Shown here: positions 1 through 7,786 of the stretch, piece after piece | Position numbering within the stretch: position 1 is the first letter of the stretch | Layout: the number at the start of each line of letters is the position of its first letter | Virus record (IMG/VR): IMGVR_UViG_3300031993_000048 | Coordinates: 1-64,000 of that record | Reading direction: 5' to 3' (one strand) | Source: a virus | Lineage: Duplodnaviria; Caudoviricetes | DNA: 64,000 bases | Translations under genes and position numbers: made by a program | Notes under the pieces: generated by a model | The model's database searches: none | The model's input: only the letters and a program-made list of their open reading frames with translations | Told to the model about the DNA's origin: nothing

Positions 1-243
1 CCTCCTTTCGTTGTCATGCCAGGTGTTCAGGTGCGCGAGGCACGCCGTCATGCGCTCCTGCACCTCCATCCGCCACTCGTCCGGGATCCCCAGCGCGGGG
101 GCCTCGAGCTTGCGGTGGAGGAACAGCGTCCAGTCGATCGTGTTCAGCACCCACCGGCACTCCTTCAGGAGCGCCTTGGTGATCCTCGGAGACTTCGGAG
201 GGTTCGGGAGCCTGGCATGGCTCCCCGTCTTTCCCTTCTCCAT
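1..243 (-). CDS. Hypothetical protein, partial (runs off left edge; not in ORF track): MEKGKTGSHARLPNPPKSPRITKALLKECRWVLNTIDWTLFLHRKLEAPALGIPDEWRMEVQERMTACLAHLNTWHDNER...
   Basis: Manual translation: ATG at 243 with GGAGG upstream, no stop before base 1, protein-like composition. Confidence 0.6.
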   Translation of the reverse strand, partial: MEKGKTGSHARLPNPPKSPRITKALLKECRWVLNTIDWTLFLHRKLEAPALGIPDEWRMEVQERMTACLAHLNTWHDNERR

Positions 244-448
244 TCTCAAGTTCCTCCAGATTGAAGTCCAGCGTCTTGCCGGACAGTTCTCTCCTGAAAC
301 AGTAGGCGAGCTTCCTCTCCGCATGCGGCGCGTTCCGCGCGCGTATGTGCATGAGGTGCTCGCCGTTCATCCTCACGGAGTACAGCCCCTCGTGGTTGAC
401 CACGGGAGCCTTCTCCGGCTTCATGACCATCTGTATCATTTCGGCCAC
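14..448 (-). CDS. Hypothetical protein (first ~68 aa convincing; C-terminal half overlaps the 1-243 gene)
   Basis: ORF track; start overlaps the end of the 436-696 gene. Confidence 0.5.
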   Translation of the reverse strand: MAEMIQMVMKPEKAPVVNHEGLYSVRMNGEHLMHIRARNAPHAERKLAYCFRRELSGKTLDFNLEELENGEGKDGEPCQAPEPSEVSEDHQGAPEGVPVGAEHDRLDAVPPPQARGPRAGDPGRVADGGAGAHDGVPRAPEHLA

Positions 449-696
449 ACTATCACGTAGTTCTTCGAGCCGTTGAGCTCGACCAGCCTCACGAGGCTCG
501 TGAGGGCGACCCTCCGCAGCCTCACCGCGAACGCCTCCGGGTCAGCGCACGTCCCGTGCACCCGCACCCAGTAGCATCCGCGGTTCTTGGAGTCGAGCCG
601 CACCATGCAGCGCCCGGCCCCGCGATTGCGGATGCCGAGCTCGGCGTATGCGGCGTCGACGTACAGCTGGAGCGTATAGCGGAGATGGGCCGTCAT
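436..696 (-). CDS. Hypothetical protein, 86 aa (MTAHLRYTLQLY...)
   Basis: 3' part of track ORF 436..2004; ATG at 696 overlaps the stop of the 693-1724 gene. Confidence 0.65.
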   Translation of the reverse strand: MTAHLRYTLQLYVDAAYAELGIRNRGAGRCMVRLDSKNRGCYWVRVHGTCADPEAFAVRLRRVALTSLVRLVELNGSKNYVIVWPK

Positions 697-1724
697 TTCC
701 ACGCTCCCGGCCATCCGGCCTCGAGCCTGGCGTCCCACTCCTCGCGGAGCTCGTCGAGCTCGCTGCGGACCGCGTCCCACTTGGGGGCGTACCCTTCGAC
801 GCACCTCCGCTGCCTGTCCTCGAACTCCTTCACGTCCTTGCGGACGGTCTCGAGCCACGCCTTCGCCCTCGCCTGCGAATCCTCGCCGACGCCGGACTCG
901 ACGTACTTCCCGTACGAGCGCTCGAGATCCTTCATGAAGACGTCGAAGGCGATGAGCGAATCGCCCACCTTCTCCGTCAGCTCGCTCCGCTCGAGGACCG
1001 TGCAGAAGTCGGACAGGCTGCTGTTGCCGCGGATGGACTCGACCATCTCGTCCGTGACCCAGCTTCCCCAGATCGGCGACTCGTCGCAGCGCTCGAAGTC
1101 GGACGGGTACTCGATCAGCCACAGCAGGGCGAGGATCGCCCCGAACTCGCGGAACTCGTCGTCGCTCGTCTCCGTGGAGAGAGCGGCGAAGGCGTCCTCC
1201 AGGTCGGCGAGGAGCGCGTCCTCCACCTCCTTGTCGGTCGCCATGTGCGTCCCGTAGTTCCTGTGCCTCCACGCGTCCCTCGAGAGAGTGCAGATGCGGT
1301 TCAGCATCGCGCTCGAGAATCCGTCGTACGACACCCAATGGCTGCCGGCGTACTCGACGATCTTCGCCCGGTTCTCGGGCTTGAAGATCGCGGCTTTCGC
1401 GAGCTGCCAGAACGAGTCGTCCACGTCTACCGACAAGTCCAGCCAGTCCGACATGAAGTTGTATTCGCGCGGGCTCCCGAACTTCGTCGCCTTGATGGAG
1501 ACGACTCCGTACTGCGAGAGCGGCTTCTCCGCCGCGAAGACCTTGTTGGCCTCCTCGACGATGCGGTCGTGCATCTTGGCGGAGTCGTAGTCGTCGCAGA
1601 CGAAGCGGCCCTCCTCGCGCTCCGCGTCCTCGTCGGGCTGCCAGAGGGAGTCGTAGCTGAACGGTCCCTCGTAGGTGGACACGTCCACGATTGGCGCTAT
1701 GCGCGTCGATGTGTTGAGAGTCAT
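693..1724 (-). CDS. Phage hypothetical protein, 343 aa (SPREYNF and SYDGF motifs)
   Basis: ORF track; AGGAG upstream; acidic, normal composition. Confidence 0.8.
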   Translation of the reverse strand: MTLNTSTRIAPIVDVSTYEGPFSYDSLWQPDEDAEREEGRFVCDDYDSAKMHDRIVEEANKVFAAEKPLSQYGVVSIKATKFGSPREYNFMSDWLDLSVDVDDSFWQLAKAAIFKPENRAKIVEYAGSHWVSYDGFSSAMLNRICTLSRDAWRHRNYGTHMATDKEVEDALLADLEDAFAALSTETSDDEFREFGAILALLWLIEYPSDFERCDESPIWGSWVTDEMVESIRGNSSLSDFCTVLERSELTEKVGDSLIAFDVFMKDLERSYGKYVESGVGEDSQARAKAWLETVRKDVKEFEDRQRRCVEGYAPKWDAVRSELDELREEWDARLEAGWPGAWK

Positions 1725-1727
1725 AGA

Positions 1728-2366
1728 TCACTCCTTGATGTTCTTCGCGTCGTCGTGGTACAGGACGCACGAGACGCAGCATCCGTCGTTGAGATCGACC
1801 TGCACCCTGCCCTCGTCCTTGAGCTGGGACTTCACCCAGCGCACGAACTCGTCGCTCCACTTCATGTGGTGCTGGCGGTACAGGTCCTTCACGTAGTCGA
1901 GGAAGGTCGCGATCGCGGTCTCCTCGCTCGTGAACGCCTCCGGGTACGGAGTCGTGAACTCCGGGTCCTCGCAGTCGCTGTCGCCCCACGTCACCGTGTG
2001 CCACAGGTCACCCTCCACGTCGTTCTCGTCGACGTCGAAGTGCCAGCTGTTCTGCCCGTCGAAGACGTAGTAGCAGCCCTGGCCGGCGAGCTCGTCGCGC
2101 AGAAACTCCTCGAGCTTCGAGACGCACCCGCGCCGTATCTTCCACGCGCCGTCCTTGCGGCCTTCGCAGAAGAACTCGGCTGCTTCCGGGTGGTTCTCGT
2201 CGTGCGCCATCGACCATGCGAGGTCGTTGCGCAGCCCGAGCCGGTCCATGACGTACTTCACGCACTCGTCGAGCGCGCGCCCCCGGGTCGTGTAGGACCC
2301 GACGACGCAGCGGTCGAGCGGCTCGCGCGCGAGGTCGTCCAGCGACGTCACCGTATAGATCGTCAT
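1728..2366 (-). CDS. Hypothetical protein, 212 aa (MTIYTVTSLDD...)
   Basis: Restarted at ATG 2366 (GGAGGTGA upstream, overlaps previous stop). Confidence 0.75.
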   Translation of the reverse strand: MTIYTVTSLDDLAREPLDRCVVGSYTTRGRALDECVKYVMDRLGLRNDLAWSMAHDENHPEAAEFFCEGRKDGAWKIRRGCVSKLEEFLRDELAGQGCYYVFDGQNSWHFDVDENDVEGDLWHTVTWGDSDCEDPEFTTPYPEAFTSEETAIATFLDYVKDLYRQHHMKWSDEFVRWVKSQLKDEGRVQVDLNDGCCVSCVLYHDDAKNIKE

Positions 2367-2716
2367 TCCTTCACCTCCTCCAGGAAGTAGGGTTCCTGGG
2401 CCACGTAGCTCTCGTCGCCGTCGCCCGTGCAGGTGTCGACCACCGCGCGGTGGCGCATCCACTCGTACGCCTTGGCCTCCGCCTCCTCGACGGTGTGCGC
2501 CTCGATGACGGGGTTGGCCTCGAACTTGAGGCTGAACATGTACTTCCTCGTCGGCGACGCCTTGAGCTCCATCACGGCGGCCCCGCCGTCCTGCGGCACC
2601 GTGGCGCCCTTGAGCTCAACGCGCACGCCGCTGTCGAGGACGAGCCGCACGGGCTGGTCGGGGTTCGGGAAGAACTCCCTGTCGGCGAAGTACCTCGCCC
2701 ACTCCCCGACGGTCAC
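2363..2716 (-). CDS. Hypothetical protein, 117 aa (GTG start, VTVGEWARYF...)
   Basis: 3' part of track ORF 2363..3052; GTGA overlap with the upstream stop. Confidence 0.7.
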   Translation of the reverse strand: MTVGEWARYFADREFFPNPDQPVRLVLDSGVRVELKGATVPQDGGAAVMELKASPTRKYMFSLKFEANPVIEAHTVEEAEAKAYEWMRHRAVVDTCTGDGDESYVAQEPYFLEEVKE

Positions 2717-3072
2717 GACTTCGCCCCCTTCTTCGCCTTGCGCTTCACGACGCCGGCGTTCTCGTCGACCTTCCTCGCGTTGGCCTTCGCCTCCACGTGG
2801 CTGGTGACGCTCTCGGCCGACGCGCAGTAGCGGCAGTCGACGTCTCCCCCGTCCGTCTCGTCCGGGTCGTTCGGGGTCTTCAGCTCGTAGTCGGCGAACA
2901 GCAGCGCGACCTGCTCGGCCACCCTGTCGAACGCCTCTTCCGGCTCCGTGCACGCCGGAAGGTTCCGGCGCACCTCGTGCGCGAACCACACCGCGGCGGC
3001 GCACACGGAATCGAAGAGCTGGTGGGACTCCTCGGAGCCCTTGTACTCGCATGATATGTCAACAACATTCAT
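2713..3072 (-). CDS. Hypothetical protein, 119 aa (MNVVDISCEY...), basic C-terminus
   Basis: 3' part of track ORF 2713..3696; TGATG coupling, GGAGG upstream. Confidence 0.7.
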   Translation of the reverse strand: MNVVDISCEYKGSEESHQLFDSVCAAAVWFAHEVRRNLPACTEPEEAFDRVAEQVALLFADYELKTPNDPDETDGGDVDCRYCASAESVTSHVEAKANARKVDENAGVVKRKAKKGAKS

Positions 3073-3347
3073 CAGCAGAATCCTCCCGGTTCGTATTTCG
3101 TCTTGAAGCAGACCCGCCGGACGATGGTCGCGAAGAGCTTCACCATGTCCTCGAACTCGCCGACGAACTGCACGTAGTATTCCCGCTGCTCCGGAGTCAT
3201 CCCGAGATACGGCCCGCCGTCCGGCACGCCGTTCATCAGCCACCCCGTCTGGTCGTCCTCGTCGTTGAGGTGCCGGACGAGGTTGTCCATGAGCATCAGG
3301 CACTTGGCCCGGCTCTCGACCTGCGCCACGCCGAGTTCCGCGCTCAT
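3072..3347 (-). CDS. Hypothetical protein, 91 aa (MSAELGVAQ...WLMNGVPDG...)
   Basis: Restart at ATG 3347, overlapping the upstream gene end. Confidence 0.7.
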   Translation of the reverse strand: MSAELGVAQVESRAKCLMLMDNLVRHLNDEDDQTGWLMNGVPDGGPYLGMTPEQREYYVQFVGEFEDMVKLFATIVRRVCFKTKYEPGGFC

Positions 3348-3649
3348 AGGAACACGTCCTCCGCGCACACGAGCTCGTCGATGGCCTCGACGCGTCCGAA
3401 CGCCTCCCGGCACAGCAGGAAGACAAACGTCGACACGGCGTCGCGGAACGCGTCCTCGGCGCCCTTGCCCCTCGCGGCCAGCCAGCCCTCGTAGAAGGCG
3501 ATCTGCGCGTCGGTCGGACGCTGCGTCTCGGAAGGCCCGCCGAAGCCGGTCTCCCTCTCCCAGTCCTCCAGGCGGGTACCCCCGTCCAGCTTGGCGGCGA
3601 GGATGTCCATGGCGTACATCGCCTCCGCCATCCCTTTTCTCGATAGCAT
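3344..3649 (-). CDS. Hypothetical protein, 101 aa (MLSRKGMAEAM...)
   Basis: AAAGGAG Shine-Dalgarno before ATG 3649. Confidence 0.75.
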   Translation of the reverse strand: MLSRKGMAEAMYAMDILAAKLDGGTRLEDWERETGFGGPSETQRPTDAQIAFYEGWLAARGKGAEDAFRDAVSTFVFLLCREAFGRVEAIDELVCAEDVFL

Positions 3650-3801
3650 TTGAGCACTCCTTTCGGTTTGCCTCGGAACTTGGTTTCTTCCGCCACCCGG
3701 CGGATTACTCGGCCACCACGCCACTTCGCGGCGTTCCGGTATATGGTGGTGAGGGTTTTACAGGTTCACCCACAACCTCTTCTCGTCCTACCACGTCTTC
3801 T

Positions 3802-4065
3802 TCATTTCGCCTCTCCTACCTTCATCTCTACCTTCAGCACGGTCACGCGCCTGTCCCCGTCGATCAGCCTCTTCATGGACCCGCGCATGTGACGCCGGGC
3901 CTGCTCCTTCGTCCTGAAGGTCTCCGCCTTCGTCAGATCGTCCGTCCACTTCCATCCGCCCGGATGCGACGCCTGAAAGCCGACGTACCGGGCAGGCGGA
4001 AAGCCCGGGGCGAACCCGACCACGAACGCGTGGCCTCCATTCTCCCTGAACTCGACCCGACTCAT
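3802..4065 (-). CDS. Hypothetical protein, 87 aa (MSRVEFRENG...)
   Basis: Restart at ATG 4065 in TGATG overlap. Confidence 0.7.
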   Translation of the reverse strand: MSRVEFRENGGHAFVVGFAPGFPPARYVGFQASHPGGWKWTDDLTKAETFRTKEQARRHMRGSMKRLIDGDRRVTVLKVEMKVGEAK

Positions 4066-4151
4066 CACTTGTCCTTCCTCGTCTTCCACATGTACCAGAT
4101 GTGCGCGGTCGCCGGAAGAAGCAGCCACGCCCCGGCCAGCACGTCATCCAC
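4065..4151 (-). CDS. 28-aa hydrophobic micropeptide MDDVLAGAWLLLPATAHIWYMWKTRKDK
   Basis: Manual translation; GTG start with GGAGG upstream; stop overlaps next ATG; below track length cutoff. Confidence 0.55.
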   Translation of the reverse strand: MDDVLAGAWLLLPATAHIWYMWKTRKDK

Positions 4152-4233
4152 GGCAGTCCTCCCGCACGAGGCGCCAGAACTGCCAGCAGACGACGCAGAG
4201 CCACGGAACGAATATCACGCAGTCATCGTTCAC
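4144..4233 (-). CDS. 29-aa hydrophobic micropeptide MNDDCVIFVPWLCVVCWQFWRLVREDCRG
   Basis: Manual translation; GTG start with GGGAG upstream; overlaps both neighbours. Confidence 0.5.
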   Translation of the reverse strand: MNDDCVIFVPWLCVVCWQFWRLVREDCRG

Positions 4234-4963
4234 GGGTTATCTCCCATCCGTCGAAGGTCTTGCCCTCCATGTGCGTGATCTTCCACCTCGGGCAGCCGCG
4301 GTACGGCGAGAGCTTGTAGCCGTTGTCGCGCCTGCACTCGCCCCGGAAGATGTCCTCGAACGTCGAGACGCCCTTCCCGCCGAACGAGAAGTGCGGCAGG
4401 CAGGCCTTGCCCTCGACGGCGTAGAGGTGCCAGAGCGAAGGATGCTCGATGCAGTACCGGTCCAGGGCGGGCGCGGAGCCAATCGCCTCGCAGATGGCGG
4501 CGGACGACTTGTCGTACCCGCAGCCCGAGGCGTAGCCCTTGCGCATCCCGTCGTTGTCCCAGTTGCCGTTTTTGTCCTTCGTCCTGACCCACGCCTCGAC
4601 CCTCGGGCAGTTGCCCCAGGTGCGCGACTTGCGCCAGTCCATGCGGATCGAGATCTCCCACAGCTCGCCGGCCTTGTCGGCCCGCTCGAGCCGCTCGAGC
4701 TCCTGGCGCTCCCACTTCGGCAGGTCCTTCTTGAGGTGTTCCGTCGAGGTGGCGATGCGCCGGGCCTTCTCGGCCATGAGGCGCTTCTCGAAGTCCTCGG
4801 CGGTCTCCTTGTCCCACCGGACGAGGCCGAGCGGGTGCTCGTCGGAACGCCAGGTCTCGGAGACGAGGCCCTTGAGCCTCGCCTCCGTCTCCCTCCGCTC
4901 CTTGCGGTAGTAGCGCTTGATCTGCGCCAGCACCCGCGCGTAGTTGCGGATGTGCTTCGCCAT
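4223..4963 (-). CDS. Phage hypothetical protein, 246 aa (MAKHIRNY...; ASGCGYDKSSAA motif)
   Basis: 3' part of track ORF 4223..5479; TGATG coupling. Confidence 0.8.
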   Translation of the reverse strand: MAKHIRNYARVLAQIKRYYRKERRETEARLKGLVSETWRSDEHPLGLVRWDKETAEDFEKRLMAEKARRIATSTEHLKKDLPKWERQELERLERADKAGELWEISIRMDWRKSRTWGNCPRVEAWVRTKDKNGNWDNDGMRKGYASGCGYDKSSAAICEAIGSAPALDRYCIEHPSLWHLYAVEGKACLPHFSFGGKGVSTFEDIFRGECRRDNGYKLSPYRGCPRWKITHMEGKTFDGWEITRER

Positions 4964-5547
4964 CAGACGAGCTCCTCCGCGCCTTCCGGCCCGGACTGCG
5001 TCTGCTGCGTCAGCGGGCAGCCGGAGATCCTGGAGAGCCTGCTCTCCGCGTCCTCCTTGGCCTGCTTCGCCGCGGCAAGCTCGTCCCGGAGCTTCTTCAG
5101 CTCGTCGTCGCGCTCCCGGAGCTCGCGCTCGCGGTCCGTCTCCTCCCGGTACTCGGGAAGGCACGTCGACGGGGCGCCGAACACGTGGCGATACTTGTCC
5201 ACCTCGTCCCCGTGGTAGCGCTCGAACCAGCGGCGCGCCTGCTCCTCCGTGAGCGGATGGACGGTGGAGGCGTCGTTCCCGCTCCAGCCGAACCCGACGA
5301 CGAGGAAGAACGCCCCGTTCCCGTAGTCGATCTTGTCGTCGTCCCACGTCCAGCCGCCCCAGCTCGTCTTCTTGCGCGCCTCCGAGAGGACGACGCCCGG
5401 CTTGAGGGCGATCTCCCGGTAGAGCGTCTCCGTGACCTTGCACCGGCCGCCCGTGGGCGACTTCATGGGCTCGAGCCACTCCGAGTTGTCCGCCACCTCC
5501 CTCGCGAGGTTGGTGTCGTACAGGTGTCCGTCTATGATCTTCTGCAT
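4963..5547 (-). CDS. Phage hypothetical protein, 194 aa (KIIDGHLYDT N-terminal motif, coiled-coil tail)
   Basis: ORF track; AGGAG upstream; N-terminus resembles a common phage/plasmid hypothetical family (from memory). Confidence 0.8.
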   Translation of the reverse strand: MQKIIDGHLYDTNLAREVADNSEWLEPMKSPTGGRCKVTETLYREIALKPGVVLSEARKKTSWGGWTWDDDKIDYGNGAFFLVVGFGWSGNDASTVHPLTEEQARRWFERYHGDEVDKYRHVFGAPSTCLPEYREETDRERELRERDDELKKLRDELAAAKQAKEDAESRLSRISGCPLTQQTQSGPEGAEELV

Positions 5548-5551
5548 GTTC

Positions 5552-6034
5552 CTACTCCTTGTTGATCTTTTCCGCCGCTTCCCGCAGCATCTTCTCGAAC
5601 GCCTCGGGCTTCATCCCGAGGTCCTTCTTGTACACGACGATGCGCCGCGCCTCCTTCGCGCAGAGCTCGTCGAACGCCTCGAGGGCGTCCTGGGCCTTCC
5701 GCGCCGGCGACCCTTCGGGCCACAGGTTCCTGCCGGACCCGTAGTCGTACTTCGCCTGAAGCCCGACCGCGGACCGCACCGCGCCCTTGGCGTGGTCGGA
5801 GAGCGCGATCTTCGCGTCTTCGACCTGGACGTCGCATCCGTCCCTCCGGGCCTGGACGACGACCTTGCGGACGAGCGCCTCGACGCCGTCCTCGATCATC
5901 CCCTGGTACTTGTCGCGCAGCCTCTCGACCTTCGCGACCTCCGCGTCGAGCGCGGCCTTGAGCTTCGCGCGCCGTGCGGCGGCCAGCTCGGCCACGCGCT
6001 CCTCGACGTAGCTTTCAAACCTGGCTTTCGCCAT
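5552..6034 (-). CDS. Hypothetical coiled-coil protein, 160 aa (MAKARFESY...)
   Basis: AAGGAG 9 nt before ATG 6034. Confidence 0.75.
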   Translation of the reverse strand: MAKARFESYVEERVAELAAARRAKLKAALDAEVAKVERLRDKYQGMIEDGVEALVRKVVVQARRDGCDVQVEDAKIALSDHAKGAVRSAVGLQAKYDYGSGRNLWPEGSPARKAQDALEAFDELCAKEARRIVVYKKDLGMKPEAFEKMLREAAEKINKE

Positions 6035-6056
6035 TTGTTTCATCTCCTTGAACTGT

Positions 6057-6281
6057 TCACGAAAAAATCTTCGCGACGACATACCCTATCGCCGCGACCG
6101 TCCCCAGCGCGGCCAGGACGACGTCCCAGCCGCGCCACCTCGGCACGGAAGGCGGGGCGAACTCGCGCTCCGTCTCCTGCCTGCACTGCTCGCGCAGCCT
6201 CCAGAAGGCGCGGGCGCGGCGCTTCTCGCGCACCGCGGCCCTGTGCCTCGGGTTCGGCTTACGCCTCTTCGGCTTTCGCAT
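6057..6281 (-). CDS. 74-aa basic protein with C-terminal transmembrane helix
   Basis: ORF track; K/R-rich N-terminus, hydrophobic VVLAALGTVAAIGYVVA. Confidence 0.7.
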   Translation of the reverse strand: MRKPKRRKPNPRHRAAVREKRRARAFWRLREQCRQETEREFAPPSVPRWRGWDVVLAALGTVAAIGYVVAKIFS

Positions 6282-6609
6282 GCTCGGCGGTCTCCTTCGC
6301 TGCGCGGTCGGCGCGACGACGCTCGAACTCGGTCATCAGCCCGGCGGCGATGACCTTGTAGCGGCGCGTCTGGAAGGGGCGTTCGGCGGCCGCCTTCGCG
6401 ACCTCCTGGAGCGCCCACGTCGGGAGCTTCTTCAGCTCCTTGAGCGTGACCATCCTGTCGCTCTTCTCGACGAGAGGGCGGACCCTCTCGATCGCGTCGA
6501 ACCACGCGGAGCCCTTTTCAGGGCAGTCCGCGAAGTGCGCGCTCGCGGCGGCCGCGAACGCGGTCAGCGCCCACACGGCGCCGATCTTGACTGTTCTCTT
6601 GTTCTTCAT
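6259..6609 (-). CDS. Hypothetical protein, 116 aa, with hydrophobic Ala-rich N-terminus
   Basis: GGAAAGGA upstream of ATG 6609. Confidence 0.75.
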   Translation of the reverse strand: MKNKRTVKIGAVWALTAFAAAASAHFADCPEKGSAWFDAIERVRPLVEKSDRMVTLKELKKLPTWALQEVAKAAAERPFQTRRYKVIAAGLMTEFERRRADRAAKETAEHAKAEEA

Positions 6610-6653
6610 TGTCTGTTCCTTTCCGGTTGTTGGTGAAGCCTCCGCACCCGCGG

Positions 6654-6750
6654 GGACCTCGGAAATCGAAAGCACCTTACGGGTGCCAGTCGGCCCTTTC
6701 CACAGCTCGGTTCACGTGGGCGGCTGTGCTGCATCGGGCGACAGGTCCTG
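6654..6750 (-). ncRNA. Candidate structured leader RNA, copy A (multibranch, closed by GGACCU/AGGUCC)
   Basis: Nested stems found by eye; shares CAGGACCYGUCGCC...AGGUCC with 7183-7277. Confidence 0.4.
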
Positions 6751-6792
6751 TACCCTTCCCGGGGTGGCATGCGCTCCGGTTCTCCTGACGCT

Positions 6793-7146
6793 CTACGCGG
6801 CCCTCGGCACGAGGACCCAGCCCTCGTCTTCGAGATACGCGTCCACGGGGCTGTAGAGCCACCCCGGGAGCCTGCTGTCCAGGCCCTTCGGGATCAGCTC
6901 CATCAGCTCGCCGACGCAGCGCACGTCGAGCCCGCGGATGAACTCGCGGACCTTGTCCTGGATCATCAGCGCAACGCGGCGGGCGCGGATCGGCTTGCCG
7001 TCCACGTACGTCTTCATGGCGGCGACCAGCGTAGTGGCCGCGGAAGACCATAAAGACCCTCCGCCGGCGCCGAGCTTGTCCGATATCGGCCCGACGTTCT
7101 CGAGCGCGATCTTCTTGACGCGCTCGAACTGTATCATCTTGTCCAT
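6793..7146 (-). CDS. Hypothetical protein, 117 aa (MDKMIQFERV...)
   Basis: GAAAGGAG upstream of ATG 7146. Confidence 0.75.
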   Translation of the reverse strand: MDKMIQFERVKKIALENVGPISDKLGAGGGSLWSSAATTLVAAMKTYVDGKPIRARRVALMIQDKVREFIRGLDVRCVGELMELIPKGLDSRLPGWLYSPVDAYLEDEGWVLVPRAA

Positions 7147-7182
7147 GACGTTCTCCTTTCGCTGGAAAATGAATCCCCGGTC

Positions 7183-7277
7183 GGACCTGAACGTCTGCGA
7201 GCTGGACTGTCGGCTCGTAGGGCCGATGTGCTCTGTCAGACGTCGTCGCCTGGCCAAGGCCGCGGCGACGGGTCCTG
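7183..7277 (-). ncRNA. Candidate structured leader RNA, copy B
   Basis: GGACC/GGUCC, CGUCGCC/GGCGACG and ACGUCUG/CAGACGU stems. Confidence 0.4.
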
Positions 7278-7458
7278 ACGACGCCGGGGGCACCGTACGC
7301 TAATCAGTGCATAGTTCCTCCTTGGTCGAGGTGAAATAGCTCCCGGCGCACCCCCGATGGGGCTCTCGGTCGCCGGGCAACCGCGGACAGTTATTTGTCT
7401 CATGGGCTCATGAAGTCTCGAACGAACGTCGAGCCCAAGTCCTCCCTCGTCGCCGAAA

Positions 7459-7786
7459 TGGTCGCCCCGGCGGGGATCGAACCCGCACGCGACCGCCTAC
7501 TTTCGGGCGCACCGTCGGGGCACGCGTACTCCGAATCTCACGGAGCGGAACGGTACAACTCGCGCACCTGCCGCATGCTTTCCCCCTTCGCCGGGTCAAT
7601 GGCGAGGCAAAAATCTCCGGGAGAGACCGGAGCCAAACGCCCTCGCTCGCCGACGCGGTACTCGACATGCCGAATCGCTACATCTCCCGCCCTACCCGAC
7701 CGTGCCGCCTGTTGGGCATCGGCATTTGTTGCGCACGGCTCGCACGCTTCGGCGGAAGCTCAACCCGACGCTTAAAAGGCGGGGCA
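7459..7786 (-). ncRNA. tRNA-like structured RNA (T-arm, acceptor 3' strand and CCA); 5' end uncertain (7786 or 7522)
   Basis: Minus strand 7486-7459 reads GCGGG-TTCGATC-CCCGC-CGGGGCG-A-CCA; complementary TGCCCCG at 7786-7780 and 7522-7516; no canonical D or anticodon arm. Confidence 0.6.

Noticed and set aside
3072-3649. Possible paralogy of the adjacent 91-aa and 101-aa genes
   Set aside because: Only a vague pattern similarity by eye; not supportable without a profile alignment.
3655-3680. c-di-GMP-I riboswitch suggested by GGCAAACC-GAAA
   Set aside because: The second stem and GCAAAG element are missing; the sequence is just the recurring AACCGAAAGGA SD context.
7380-7458. HDV-like (theta) ribozyme downstream of the CCA end
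   Set aside because: A GGGCUC/GAGCCC stem is present, but I could not fit the P3/L3/P1.1 and catalytic J4/2 elements.
7459-7786. Canonical tmRNA or standard tRNA call
   Set aside because: No G3:U70 pair, no GGGG 5' end, no stop-terminated tag (ATNADAQQAA reads on without a stop), and no D or anticodon arm at canonical spacing; kept only as a tRNA-like RNA.
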